From assembly GCF_000002075.1 (NCBI RefSeq), contig NW_004797501.1:925684-989683 (forward strand): DNA of 64,000 nt, read 5' to 3'. The notes under the pieces are model-generated. The model ran no database searches, was not told where the DNA came from, and saw only the letters and a list, made by a program, of their open reading frames with translations. Shown here in pieces: positions 1 through 13,593 of this stretch (position 1 is its first letter; each line of letters starts with the position of its first letter). The position numbers were made by a program, and so were the translations under genes. The stretch comes from Aplysia californica (taxonomy: Eukaryota).

Positions 1-610
1 GTGGGGGGGGGGGCTTATAACGGACTTATATAACTGTTCATCAACTAAAAACTTAGTCGTCTCCGTGTTACTTTTCTCTGTTCCCAGAAGTTAATCGTCA
101 GGTTAGACTGGTATCGTTTAAATTTAGTTTTGATAATGTTTTCCCTTAATCCTGGAAATAGGCCATCTTGTCCTACTTTCTCAGTCCACAAGCAAACACA
201 TTTTCACCTCAAGATAGCAAGACAGTGGTAAACGTCTTTCCTTTAAATTGGTCTTATCTTTCTGCTATTTTCCTCCTTCTACTCATTCTGTTCCCTCTCC
301 TCCTGCTCTTTCTCCTCCTGCCCCTCCCCCTGCTCTTTCTTCTCTTCTTCCTCCTCTTCTCCTCCTTTCCCCTCCTCCTTNNNNNNNNNNNNNNNNNNNN
401 NNNNNNNNNNNNNNNNNNNNNNNNNNNNNNNNNNNNNNNNNNNNNNNNNNNNNNNNNNNNNNNNNNNNNNNNNNNNNNNNNNNNNNNNNNNNNNNNNNNN
501 NNNNNNNNNNNNNNNNNNNNNNNNNNNNNNNNNNNNNNTCGCCTGACTGACTTTATAATATTTATATTCTTCAGTCAACAATATTAACAAATTTCTCACA
601 TTTCCCTCAG

Positions 611-847
611 ATTGTTCTCAAGAAGGGCACCCGCATTCGTTTCATCACAGAAGATATTGGAACACCCATGGAAAATCTGGGCAGTTTCACCAACTTCCAC
701 TTCTGCAACATTCCGCCTTTCTCCTACCACTCCTTCCCGTTCGGCGAGGTGCATGCCCTGAGCCCTGGCGACTACTTCTTCGTCAACAGAGACAGTGGCT
801 TGTGTAACTCTGGCAGGAGACTGCAGATCACAGTGACCGACGAGTAA
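611..847 (+). CDS. Hemocyanin, terminal coding exon (C-terminal cupredoxin-like tail of functional unit h)
   Basis: Acceptor tttccctcag|att; reads IVLKKGTRIRFITEDIGTPMENLGSFTNFHFCNIPPFSYHSFPFGEVHALSPGDYFFVNRDSGLCNSGRRLQITVTDE*, matching the gastropod FU-h tail pattern (KKGTRI..NLGS(Y/F)T..C.(V/I)PPFS.H..GDY..LC..L.I.V.(D/H)E*). AATAAA at 926-931. Not in the ORF track; the rest of the gene lies upstream of the window. Confidence 0.9.
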   Translation: MVLKKGTRIRFITEDIGTPMENLGSFTNFHFCNIPPFSYHSFPFGEVHALSPGDYFFVNRDSGLCNSGRRLQITVTDE

Positions 848-2248
848 ATTATTATAGTGTCTCAAGTTGCTGTGGAGCAAAAGTAAGTTTCTTTCTGTTA
901 CACTTCATTTTGGAGGTGTCAGAAAAATAAAGGGTGTAGGGTGTAAGTCACCTTGGCGTCGTTTCGAGCAGAAAAAAAAACAGCTGGGCTTAATCAAGTT
1001 CATCAATGATGATATAATGTTACTGAATTTTGGAACTTCAACGACATCTAAACATTAAAATTTCATTCAAATGCTATACTGCGTTGATTCCCCGGCACGT
1101 GACGTCATTATTAAGAGCTCTATTTTTAGCAAAATGTGACTTAGACCCATTATTTCCTAACTTAATCCCTTCGTTATGTTTCGTTATTTCTTTCATGGAT
1201 TTTAATTGAAAAATAACGAGTGCCCTAGAGTCGTGGTTCTGATTTAGGGCTCTTTTTTCTCTTTAGTTTCTTTTTTCACTTGTAAAAATGACTTAGGCGC
1301 TTGTGGTATGACGATAACGATATGGCGTAATCATCAATAGATCCAATTACAGTACCTAAATTCCCCCCCCCCTCGTCCCCCCACATCAAATGGAGTACCT
1401 AAAGTTACCCCACTTCCATCGAAACCTTTTAAGTGTTATTGAGGATTTGGGGGTGAGGGAGGGGGGGGGGGCTCGGGGGGTTTGAGACTTTCGTGGTCTA
1501 GAATAAGGACAACACAGGGAGACAATGCATTCTTGGCATTTGTCAAATTTACCTTTGTTGGACTAGATTCCCTAATGATTGTAATAAAATGGCATTTATG
1601 AAAGCTCTCGTACATAGATATCTATTACTTCTCCTTTGGTACAATTTAGATCTTTTAGGACACCAGGACCAACACAACCTGAGTGATGCAATATCTCAGC
1701 AGAAAGACTGAAATACTTGATTAAATGGAAAGAAATCTTACAGTGTGTTTATATGTGTGTGNNNNNNNNNNNNNNNNNNNNNNNNNNNNNNNNNNNNNNN
1801 NNNNNNNNNNNNNNNNNNNNNNNNNNNNNNNNNNNNNNNNNNNNNNNNNNNNNNNNNNNNNNNNNNNNNNNNNNNNNNNNNNNNNNNNNNNNNNNNNNNN
1901 NNNNNNNNNNNNNNNNNNNNNNNNNNNNNNNNNNNNNNNNNNNNNNNNNNNNNNNNNNNNNNNNNNNNNNNNNNNNNNNNNNNNNNNNNNNNNNNNNNNN
2001 NNNNNNNNNNNNNNNNNNNNNNNNNNNNNNNNNNNNNNNNNNNNNNNNNNNNNNNNNNNNNNNNNNNNNNNNNNNNNNNNNNNNNNNNNNNNNNNNNNNN
2101 NNNNNNNNNNNNNNNNNNNNNNNNNNNNNNNNNNNNNNNNNNNNNNNNNNNNNNNNNNNNNNNNNNNNNNNNNNNNNNNNNNNNNNNNNNNNNNNNNNNN
2201 NNNNNNNNNNNNNNNNNNNNNNNNNNNNNNNNNNNNNNNNNNNNNNNN

Positions 2249-2249
<1 letters not shown>

Positions 2250-2300
<51 letters not shown>

Positions 2301-2301
2301 G
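2250..2301. repeat. (GT)n microsatellite next to a gap
   Basis: Directly visible. Other microsatellites: (CT)n 4640-4744, 17724-17940, 20803-20856, 54833-54875; (GA)n 8323-8435; (TA)n 17541-17604, 28852-28895, 44941-45029; (CA)n 48773-48852. Confidence 0.98.
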
Positions 2302-3643
2302 CGGGCACGCGTCGCTAAGAGAAGACACTAGCCATTTAACTACAGAAGCCGGTTTACTGAGCTATTCAGGCACCTCTCTCTTTGCACTCCATTATAGCTA
2401 TGCTTAGAGACTAGGGTTATCTACTCAATCCAATGGCTGTGTTTGCCACCAATATCTTCGAGCTTTGCCATTATTTTCAGTTTAACGATGACGTCTGAGG
2501 AGGTTTATCGTTTATTGAAATTAAGATTCCTTTTTTTTTTTCAAATAAAAAATACCGGTATTCTATTTCAGTTCCACCGATGACACGAGACGTCCTGGGA
2601 GAAAGGACAAAGGATTGACTCCCAGAACGTGCGAGTCTTGGTAAAAAAAAAAATGAAACTTCGAGCAGGTTGTTTTTTTAAACTCCCAAAAATGGGTAAA
2701 TTTAAACGGGTCAGCAGTATTCTGTCAGCAAATGTGATCTACTTACTTTATAACACTTTGTCTATTCAGAGACTGCATTTATGTGTTCATGTATAGTGCT
2801 TTGTGAAATTTTTATTTTTGTTTTTATCTTGTGGTATATGTTTTGTGTAATTTGATGTTGTCTCCTTTGGCTTGAGAGATCGTCGTTTGTTGATGTCATT
2901 TTTCTTCTTAATTCTTGGTGTCTGCTTTATGTATCGACTTCATTATAAGAAAGCAGTTGGAAGTGAAGGGTTGCTACACCAGATTTACGCAAGAAATAGA
3001 GTGAAAATGAGCAACTGCAAAATTTGCTATATAAGGTGTTTCGGGTATGAGCTGTTGAATTATACACATGTTGGTGTTCATAAACTCAGTATAATATATT
3101 GCCTTGTGAGTAACATTTTTGCTAGAATGTTGACGATTGTTTGTGCCATGGTATTACGAACATGTAACATGTAGTCTTGCTTTTTCCATTTATTGGTGAA
3201 ATGTTAGATACCTATATATCCAGATTTTAGCTGTAAAACGACCAAGCACTAAAGCGCCTCAAACTAGTTCTTTTTCCACAGATCATTTTATTCAAACAGA
3301 AATACTTTACAGAGTACAGGAAACAATCGAGAAATGTGACATAGTGAAAAATGTTCATCACCTTCGCTTGCTAAGATCCTTCAATGCGGTGATTTGACAA
3401 AAACATTTCTCAAAACACAATGTATTCAAATGTAGACATCTATGTTCTTTAGTATCTTTTCTTCACTAGAAGCTGATTCGGGGTGCAACTGCGGATCTAT
3501 AGCATTCACCTAATTTTGTGTTCATCATAATCCTCAATGTGCAAATGGAATAAAGAAAATGGTTCCCCATACACATGTGTACTTTGGCATTGTCCTTTCT
3601 TATTTTAGTTCAAGTGAAATAGAGCACTTTAGAGTTAAATAAA

Positions 3644-3959
3644 GGGGATTCTCATGGTCTAGAGGTTAAGTTGTTTGCCGCTGATTCAATAATACATCTC
3701 AGGTTTGAATCCGGATAGCAACGCAAAATTTTCCTCTCTGAAATGTTCTCCTTTCACATCCGTCACTGCTCTTTAACAACGTTCTGACGTCTGCTTTCGT
3801 TTCCACTTTCTGCCCCCACCCCCTCACCTCCTCTGTCCCCCCTCTGGTCTCCTGACTCTTTCGGCAGCCTTTTTACCTCTACTCCTTGGCGCTTTCTTAC
3901 TGCTGTCTTTCAGTTTCAGCCACACCCCTGTTGAGCGGGGATATGCGCTATACAAATGC

Positions 3960-3993
<34 letters not shown>

Positions 3994-4208
3994 CTAACAT
4001 CTAGCCTTCTCGGATAAAGGCGAAAAATCTCGAAGGTCCCGAGTGCAAGTTGCTCACATTAAAGATCCCTTGCTGGTCCAAAATCGATTTATAAGAGTAG
4101 GCTTTGGCCGCCACCTAGGAAAAAATCAAAATTTCCTTCCAACTGAAAATGTTTAATGAGTCTGCACGCTCATATGACCTAATTCAGTTGCGAGCGCTGT
4201 AAAACACT
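3644..4208 (+). mobile_element. tRNA-headed SINE, family A (contains a 3' tail fragment of another SINE at ~3929-3992)
   Basis: tRNA-like head (tggtctagaggttaag ... ggtttgaatcc), pyrimidine-rich body, tail gctcatatgacc..cagttgcgagcgctgtaaaac. Further copies at 44349-46158, 52030-52496 and 58729-59211. Confidence 0.75.
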
Positions 4209-4631
4209 TACCAAAGAACACTATGCATAACATACAACCGAACCTGTCCAAGACGACCTCCCACTGTCAAGGAGAAAAGTGTTCCTCTTAGGCAGGTGGT
4301 CTTTTTTGGACAGTGTCAATAATATATGCAGCAAAAACACAAGGGACGAAGCGCACGGGGGAGGGGGGGGGTGTACATATGACTGTCTTGGACAGGTGGT
4401 AGTTCGAACAGGTTCAACTGTACTCCAGGACCCATTAGACAAATTTGGACCAATACGCCCTAGACTACATCCAGGAGGGGTAATTGTAAAAAATTTCATA
4501 CATGTACTAACTTATTCCTTAGAGGTGCAAAGAGCCCAATTTTTTTATTTTTACTCATGATTCTTCACGATGAAGCATCACTGATCACTAAGTGTGGTGT
4601 TAGTCAAAAAGTTAAACTTTAAGGATACATC

Positions 4632-4723
<92 letters not shown>

Positions 4724-7083
4724 GGAGAGGGTGTCTCTCTCTCTNNNNNNNNNNNNNNNNNNNNNNNNNNNNNNNNNNNNNNNNNNNNNNNNNNNNNNNN
4801 NNNNNNNNNNNNNNNNNNNNNNNNNNNNNNNNNNNNNNNNNNNNNNNNNNNNNNNNNNNNNNNNNNNNNNNNNNNNNNNNNNNNNTGAACCTCATTGGCA
4901 AAGACAAATCTAATATTGGTCTTTATTTGATTTTTAAAAGTTGGACACTTCCAAGATAATCTTTAGAGAGTGAAGTGAAAAGATATCACGCTTTTTTTAA
5001 GAAAAAGAGCAAGCTTTAAAATAACAAACACACATGCCATGTAAGTCGCAATGTTTATAATCCCATTAACCTTTTATTCTTATCATGATACATATATCAC
5101 ACAACAAATGAAAAAATTGAGCATGAGGAGACTTTCCTTAAATGGTTGAGAATTATTGATGAATAAAAATTTTAATAATTGTACACATACTCGACTCAGG
5201 AGTCAATAGAGAAATATTGCAAATGTTTGTCTAAAAAATATAAGATTTTTAAAAACCTTAAAAGTGTTGTAATAAAGGTTCCTTAACGGTGACATGGAAC
5301 AACAGAAATATGTGTGTATAAAAAATAAAAGTAAAGATTGTTTCATCCACACCCATCAGTTTCCTCATTCATCTCAGCAACAACAAAAAAGTAAACAGTA
5401 ACATTCAGAAGAAACAACTCAATAAATATCATGAAGCTACCTGAAATGGATACGCTGACACAGCAAACAACTTTTGAGCAATAAAACTAGGTCTACATAA
5501 ATCCACTTAAACCAAGAACAGCTATAAACCAAAAGAAAATAGAGAGTCACCATCTTTTTTTTTCATTATTTGAGCAATCCCTCTAAACTAAAAAACACAT
5601 CACAAACAAAGAACATTTGGAGACCCAAAAGGTTTTGGTTTAAGAGGATTCCACTCTATGTGTTGTCATATTGTGAATTACAATCAAACTTTTAAAAATC
5701 TCCAAATCAGGCAATAAATATATAACATATCATACAGTCATGATATAGCACTACTTGGAGTGAAAAGAGTAACAAAAGTATTCTTATTCAGCAAATGCCA
5801 CTAGTTGTATTCATAACTCAAGGAAATGAACATCAAAATGTCTAAAAATCACAAAAAAGCAACACTGCCCACTTAAAAATGAACATAACAAGTCACTATT
5901 GCGAACAATGTGAAACTTTGAAGTCTTCAAGAGGGTCTAATAGATGGAAAATCTGTCTGCAAAACTTACAGTTGTAAGACGACGACGTTATAATTTTTAA
6001 ATTCTCCCGATGAGCAGAGAAAAGATTCACTGCAACCCCTCTCCACAGAGTAAACAGAACTATAGCTTGTTCACTTTCATCTGACCGCGGATAAAGCAAG
6101 AAAAAATGAAATCGCTCTGTTTAAGTTAGTTTAACCTTCTCAGATCTTTCCATACGGGTCTAAAAGTTGGATGACAAGTAGAATCTTAGTAAAAAAAGGC
6201 CATAAATAAAGGTTGCTGCAAACTAAAGTTTCGACACATTTACTTTGATGTAAACCTAAAGCGGGTCAAAAAAATATTATGGCATTTACAGCGTACACCT
6301 AAAACATTCAAAAGTTGACACATTTTCCTCAAAATCACACGCTTAAGAAACCCGTTTCCAGGGACGGGGTGAGTAACTTTTGAGACTCCCATGGAGCACG
6401 TGGAGACGTCTAGACAGCTGGAGGATGAAATCTACAAGCTTACTCTGAAATATGGGGGCAGGGTGGTGTTGCTGTCTTAAAATGAGCAATTTGTAGGCAA
6501 GGTTACTGTATATCATTTATTTAGCGATCTTGTGTATGCATCCAAAAAGCGGTTTTTAACACAAGGCCTAAAGAGAAAAACTTTTTTATAACAGAATCAA
6601 AATATTTTTTTTTTTAGGTCACAGACTTGCAGAAGTACCATGCAAGGTTTCGTGGGCATTTGTTAATTAATAAACGAGCTAGAATTTTATTTACAAAAGT
6701 GAACAAGCTATACATGTAATAATAATAAATAACGAATAATGTATGACACATATCCTCTTTCAACAGCAAGCTGTATGCCCTTTCCAATCTATATTATTAC
6801 CCCAGCAGACTCAAGGACACTCAGAAACATTCTCGGCTTCCCGGGCAGCAAACAGTCTAATCATATTATTATTTATTTCACAGATTACTCTTTGTTGTTA
6901 TCTTGTACTTGAACATGGCTCTAACGCGTAGCCTACAGTTGCTGTAGTGCTCTCTGAACATCCAAAAGCATCTGCACAGGTGCTTAAATCTACATAATTT
7001 TGAAGCACAGAAAAATCCTCCATAAAAGCTGGAACCAGACATTAACACACAAACATGTTTTGTAACTTCCTTTTTTAGTTTTA

Positions 7084-7254
7084 GTAGAGGTTTACGGCGC
7101 TCGCAACTGCATGAGGTCATATGAGCGCCAGAAGATTAGAGGTGTTACAAGAGAGTAACAAACATAAAAAAGAAGAAGGGGAGATAAGAAGGATAGATGT
7201 TTCATTTCATAGATAAGAAGAAGCAAACCACACCAGAGCACCCGCCAACCACCC
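7084..7254 (-). repeat. Short interspersed repeat, family C (arm 1 of inverted pair in ENDOV 3' region)
   Basis: Similar to 35890-36056 and to the reverse complement of 7405-7566; core agaagaagcaaaccacaccagagcacccgccaaccac. Confidence 0.75.
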
Positions 7255-7404
7255 ACTTCCATTACACAATAAGGGCACAAATCTCATAAATGAAAGCACA
7301 AAAGTAAGGTCTTGTCGGTATACAATATCTGCACTAACTACATGCACAATACAGTAGTGGCCTCCTGTTCCATTCAAACAACAATAATAGCCATTAAGTC
7401 TTCG

Positions 7405-7566
7405 TGTGTGATTGGCAGGTGTTCTGGTGTGGTTTGCTTCTTCTGCTCTATTAAACATCTATCGTCCTCATATATATATCTTGCCTCCTTCTTTTCTTTG
7501 TATGTTACTCTCAATTAAAACCTCATATCTTCATATTTGTGTTGCAAGTGCTATAAAACTCTTACC
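7405..7566 (+). repeat. Short interspersed repeat, family C (arm 2 of inverted pair)
   Basis: gtgattggcaggtgttctggtgtggtttgcttcttct is the reverse complement of the arm 1 core with 3 mismatches in 37 bp. Confidence 0.75.
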
Positions 7567-7579
7567 AACATTAAAATCA

Positions 7580-7648
7580 TTAAGTCTTAATGAATTCATG
7601 TAGGTCCCTCCTGTTCTGCCTCAGGTACTCCCTGGAATCCAGGTCCGC
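7580..7648 (-). CDS. ENDOV: Endonuclease V, coding exon 8 (last)
   Basis: Acceptor tttctag|gcg; ADLDSREYLRQNRRDLHEFIKT*; completes the PEPVR-AD..SRE motif containing the last catalytic Asp. Confidence 0.88.
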   Translation of the reverse strand, partial: ADLDSREYLRQNRRDLHEFIKT

Positions 7649-8347
7649 CTAGAAAGTACACCAGAGACAAATATCATAAGTATATCATGCACAAATGAAG
7701 TGTATAGATAAAACATAAAGCTAGCAGAGATTCAAACTAAAAATTATCGCATGCTACACAGAAAATCAAAAAGTGGGGAGGGGAGAGAGATTCTCACAGA
7801 AAGACAGCATAAGTTTACAGAGCATCTTTTTAATGAGGTCCAGAAAACATGATTTGGATGTCTCGATTATTTCTTTGCCTGTTTTTGTTGAAGTGTGTTG
7901 TCAACTAGTCACAGAACTTATATATTAATTTAAAGATAGAGCATTCCAGTCTAACTTACACACAGTGAACACCTACAGAGCGAACAGATTTTAAGGCCCC
8001 AATTTATTTCTAATATAATATGTATATTCTTTGTATTCAAAACACATACAAAGCAAAATATACACAACAAAAAGATTTCAGCAACCCACTAATTTTACTT
8101 TATGCATGCTTGACTACAGTTCCCCCAACAGGACGCCAGTCATAAAGGATACTGTCCAGAAATAACAAGGGTTCAAACCTTAAACTAATATGGCAACGTG
8201 TGTAAAATAACCCCCACACCATTTTCAAAAGACACACCTGGAGTTATACATTTTAACTGGCCTATTTCACAGAAAAACAGCTGGGCCTTTTATATTGGTT
8301 GGGGATAGGGAGAGGGAGTGGAAAGAGAGAGAGAGGGAGAGAAAGAT

Positions 8348-8407
<60 letters not shown>

Positions 8408-9953
8408 AGAAAGAAAGAAGAGAAAAAAGAGAGAGAATTATAGGGAATAGGGGAAATAACTACCATGAATATTTCCAACCTAAGAATTCACGTAGTTATG
8501 TCCCCTTCGCTAGAACAGGTTTAGTGGGCGTCAACCAGTTGTCCCACTGTCCCATGGAAAGTAATACATGGACATGTGGATTTAATTGAATTCTCACATC
8601 GACAATGTTACCTTTTAACAGACCGGAGATGCTGTTAGTTATTCCTACTTTGACTTTTTTTTTCTCTGCTGAACTCTTCTTCCCCTTGATCTGAATAGTT
8701 TTACATGTGTTTATGACTCAAATACAAAGACCACTTCTTCTACAAGCAGACAGGGCTCTACGTCAGAGGGGTGACAATATAGGGAACATCACAATCATAG
8801 GTTTCTAATATATTAATAGAAAAACCAAAAAAATTTTATCCTTTAATTTTCATCCTAACATCATAAACCAATGCACAAGAGAAATTTACAAGACCTGCAA
8901 ATTGAGCGACAAAATGATCATAAAACAGGATTAAAGCTTTCAATCAAGACTAAGAACTGCTTCACTCTATGAAAAAATTAACGCAAAAAAGTTATTCTTG
9001 AATTTACACGACACACACGCACAGAAATTTGTTGCACCTGAAAATCAAGGAGCAGTGCTTTTAGACTAGACTGAAAATTATTGAGAACTATGAGTCTCAA
9101 GGGTATCTCAGGTACATGATGAGACACACTCTTCATATTATCATGCACATCCTATAGACTGATGAGACCATTTGAGAAAGAAAAATAAAGACTGAAAAAC
9201 GAGACACTCGCAATAAGGTTTACCAGAACATCTAATCAATAATGCACTGATAAGTCTGCGTGGTGTGTGAAAGCATATTACGTCTATAATACATGCATAT
9301 TTATATATGTATGCATTCATATGTCTTCAGTGTATAAGTGTTTTTCCTACCAATGAAAAAAAAACCCACCTCATCAAGAGCCCGAAACAGAACAACAAGG
9401 GAAAACAATAGGGTACAGAATTGTCAAAAAGCCTTGAGAAAGAGAAAGTCTCAATTCTACGAGTAAACCGTCACAGAAGGTAAGAGAACCCACAGCACTC
9501 TTTGACAACTTTCCTTTATATATATTCTGTAGAGGTGTCAGCTTTACAAACATAGAGTGATTGATCCAAGAGAGGAGCTGTAAGAAAAAACTAAAAAAAC
9601 AGTTTCATGAAGTGGGAATTATTTCCTACTTTACCGTTCTTGCTGCCTCTCCCCAACGAGGGCCAAAAAAAAAACATTTGTCAAGTCTATGGTTGCATCT
9701 ACTTAAACTGAACATAGTTAATCCAAAAACAGACATTGACTGAAAGAAAATAGAATCCCTGATTTTTTTTCTCAGCTATTTGAGCCATCCCTCTATACTG
9801 AAAAAATGGCTACACCGAAAAAAATCTGGGGGTCCAGCAGATTTTGCTTTAAGTGGACTCCACTGTGCTTAGCTGCTCTGCCCCAGTGTCATGATGATTA
9901 GAGCCATATCCATTTCAACAGAAGAAATACTTTTGACCATGGACAAAACTCAC

Positions 9954-10082
9954 CCTTCTGACAGGCTCAGGGATACGGTACTTGCTGCACTCTAGAGCCA
10001 ACCACACTGCTGAGTCTATTGATATCTTGTGGCCAATGGAGACGTAGACCGGGTTTGGTGCTTGGTCATGGACGCGGACACA
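9954..10082 (-). CDS. ENDOV: Endonuclease V, coding exon 7
   Basis: 129 bp, AG/GT bounded; [43 protein letters not shown] (PxYxSxGH and RIPEPVR motifs). Confidence 0.95.
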
Positions 10083-10912
10083 CTGAAATTTCAAAACAAC
10101 TTAGAGGTTTGACCAGTGCTTGCCAACCTGGGCGATACCAGTCACAAGTGGCAATTCGGAAATTTTTAAATTTTAGTTGGCATTGGGAATCACCCAATTA
10201 TTTCATGCCATGTTAGGAAATCAATGAAGGTGGGTGGTAAGAAATCTTAGCCTCTTTTAAGGTGGCAAAAGTGGGTGCTGGCTATAAAAAAGTTGATATG
10301 CACTGGGTTAGACTTAAGAGGTCAGTGATAGCTACAGAGTGGTTGGTCACAGCTGTGAGAGTATCTGCTCCACTTCTTTTCATGCGTCCATGTCCTTCTC
10401 TCCAACTTGGCCAAGTGAACAGACTCTTCATAGACTAAAACACAACAGAAATTAGGCCAAAAATTGATATGGCACATCTGTCATTGGTAGACAGGTCACT
10501 TCTTTTCTTTTTAACTTTTAAACGGTAATAGCAAGAGGGGCTAGTATAAACAGTATGAATCAGGTACGCTCCTTGATCCACAGCCTCAGATAAAAAAATA
10601 GGTAAGTAGTGCTTTTCATTCCTTTTTTCACACAATAGAATCCCGTAACGAAAATGCCTTCATCGATTTTCATGGGGTAAATTTTATAGGACGCAATACC
10701 AACCCTGATGTTACAAGGAAACTTATATAAAAATAGTCAATTTCATGTAGCCTGCAAAAACTACCAGAACTTAATGGGTTTCTACTTGAAAGTTATGGTA
10801 TATACCATTAGAACAGTAATAAAAAATAAGTAACATGAAAACCACAATACAGTGGACTAAGATACTAAATATTTCAGAAACAATGTATAAGAAGACTAAA
10901 AAAAGCTGTCAC

Positions 10913-10981
10913 CTTTCCAAGGACTTCCCCTGAATCGGACGTCAAATCAAAATCATCGCCAGCACCTGCCAAAGTTTTTTT
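10913..10981 (-). CDS. ENDOV: Endonuclease V, coding exon 6
   Basis: 69 bp, phase 0/0; KKTLAGAGDDFDLTSDSGEVLGK (GDxFxLxxDSGxVLG). Confidence 0.9.
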
Positions 10982-11635
10982 CTGTCAGGATAAGAAATAA
11001 AGATGATTAGAGAAGAGTTGTCCAAGAAAAGCGGACCACAGAAAAAAAACTGATCTGTCAGAGAACAGATCAACAAACCAAAATTCATGATTCAACAAAC
11101 GAGTGGCCAGTGACAGGTCATCACACACTTGAGCCTTTGGGGGATCTCAACACCACCTTCTTTGAACAAGCCCTATCTATCTGGAACTCTCTTCTACAAT
11201 ATTTGAAGGATAAAAAGCAACATTTGAGGGATGCAATGTCAGAGACAAAATTTACAATACTTCTTGAAAAGCCATCTTGACAGATAGTCCCTCTTATTCG
11301 TAGTGCTCTAAAGTTCTTAAAATAATGTGCATATTACTGTCATCCATTGTGCAGTGATTGTCAGAATGTCTGCTTGTGTGTTAGTGTCAATCTAAAGAAT
11401 GTATGTATGCATGTTCACGCATAGGTATAAGGTATTGTCAAAGTCCACAGCTGCAGAATACGGGAGTGGGCACCATAGAAAATACCTGCATTATTATTAT
11501 TATTACACTTAGACACCAGAAGTAGCAGGCCAATAAAAAAAAAAATACACCAGTACTTGATTGCGGCCTGTTTCTCTACTTCCTCAAATAATTTTCTATG
11601 ACACAATCTGAAAAGAAACATTGATACTTCCTCAC

Positions 11636-11748
11636 CTTTTTCTTATGAGCCTCATCGTCAACGATACCTTGGGCAGATATCAGAGTTTTTGCTACCCCCA
11701 TTGTCGGCACATCCAGGACCACACCCAACTGGCAAGCCAATCCAAATC
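11636..11748 (-). CDS. ENDOV: Endonuclease V, coding exon 5
   Basis: 113 bp; (G)FGLACQLGVVLDVPTMGVAKTLISAQGIVDDEAHKKK; GVAK motif; canonical splice sites. Confidence 0.95.
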
Positions 11749-12168
11749 CTGCAAAACACGTTCACATGAATTTGACCCAATAAAACAAAACAAAATTTGG
11801 CTGGAAAAACATCCAAAAACATTTTTACAATTTTAGCCTGTAACAGCTTTGCAGGTCAATGTGAAAATAAGCTAAACTCATATCAAAATGTCATAAATTA
11901 CTTCTAAAACAGTCTTCTCAAGAAGAACCTCTCAAAGCAAACATTTTGACTATTAAATCCTGACCTGAAAGATCCTGTCTACACTTCTTCAATGTTCTGG
12001 CAGTCCTTCCCTATGCACTTTTTCTCACTTGCTTCAAGTCCACACTCATGATAATTATTGCTACATTTCTACGGGAACAAATTCAGACAAAAATGATACA
12101 GAAAGAATTAGAAGGAGAAAACCACACCGCAACATCTAGCCACTGAGAAGCAAGAAACAAAGTCATAC

Positions 12169-12208
12169 CTCTGGGATGTAACATGCCGTTTCCATCTACC
12201 ATGATGAG
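12169..12208 (-). CDS. ENDOV: Endonuclease V, coding exon 4
   Basis: 40 bp; LIMVDGNGMLHPR (catalytic DGNG motif). Confidence 0.95.
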
Positions 12209-13241
12209 CTGGTATCGGAAGAGATTACAAAAATGTGCATGAATTTCAAAACTGTTAATAAGCTCATGATATGGAATGAAACAAACAAACAAACATTTGA
12301 CGATAGTGCTCTTTTTTCCATGATTCACTGTACTAACAACATGAATACCAGAGTCGATACATGTACAACCGGTTTATATTAGTTGAACAGCAAACGAGAG
12401 CAATCTTCAGTAAAAATGAGACAAGCAACCACCTCAATAGAGACAAGCAAAATATTTTCACAATTCAATATTTCAAAGTTATTTACACATTTAAATCTTT
12501 AAAAAAAACTAGTTGATGAAGAAAGTTGTAACAATTGAGGGACTTTAACAAACTTTTTTAAAATATCTAATAAATGTATGACCAAGACCAAATACTTTCA
12601 AAACACATAAACTAACCTGCATAAAATGTCAGCCAAATTGTAACAGATCATAGGCATACCTTACATTTCTACTCATAACATGACAAGTTAGGACCCCTTT
12701 GCACTGTCATAACTTGTACAGTCACATAGCACAGACTTTGACTTTTGTTTTCTTAAATAACATCAAAACTGAATTGGTTACAAGCTCAGAAGCAGACCTG
12801 CCGACAACTCTATGACCTTATACAGGAGATTTTGACAGAGTTGTCCCCAAAAATAGGAGTTGGGGGTGGGGGGGGGGGGGGGGGAATTGGAGTCTCCAGA
12901 ACCCAGGTAAATTAAGATTACATGAACTGACCGCGGCAAATAAAAGAGTATTGCAAAAACATGAAAAAGTACTGTCCACGAAAGCAAACTCAAATAAAAA
13001 AATGTTTACTTTCAAGTCATCTACAATAAGTAATACAAATGTTGTATGTAAACCCAAATAAAACTGTATTTTCAAATCATTTATGATAACTTGCATACGA
13101 CCAGATAAAAATGAAATTCAAGACAGAAAAATTGAATTCTAAGCACAACTTTCAGGGTTTTTCGATGAAAGGAAAAAAAAAATTGGAGAGTGATTTCATC
13201 AGAGTACCTGGCAGGTCTACAGATGCTGTATTTGTACTTAC

Positions 13242-13376
13242 ATCTGGCAGATACTGAGGTGCTGACTTTTCCATTTCGTGATACAGATCAACAAGAGCTG
13301 GAACTTCTCGGAAAGCCAAAAAACCTGGTATATATGGCTGAGTAAGCTGAATCATCTCCATCCTCTGGTAAACCAT
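13242..13376 (-). CDS. ENDOV: Endonuclease V, coding exon 3
   Basis: 135 bp; MVYQRMEMIQLTQPYIPGFLAFREVPALVDLYHEMEKSAPQYLPD (PYIP wedge, FLAFRE catalytic Glu). Confidence 0.97.
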
Positions 13377-13593
13377 CTGCACATAGAAAAATGAAAAATA
13401 TTCTGAAGTTAACAACATTTTAAAAAACTCAACTTTAATCTTAAATCAATTAATATTTTATAACGATTTTAATACACACAATTCCTCCACAGCCTACAGC
13501 ATGAACAAAAGAACAAAGGTACATGTGATGTAGAAACATTGTATTATTCTCATTCATTCTTTTTCTATCCAGAAAAGCACATAGGCCTCTCAC

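Noticed and set aside
596-880. 94-aa minus-strand ORF in the track
   Set aside because: Antisense shadow of the hemocyanin exon.
168-4959. ORFs spanning N gaps and microsatellites (also 17822-18169, 22501-23041, 26890-27221)
   Set aside because: Artefacts of X-translated gaps and dinucleotide repeats.
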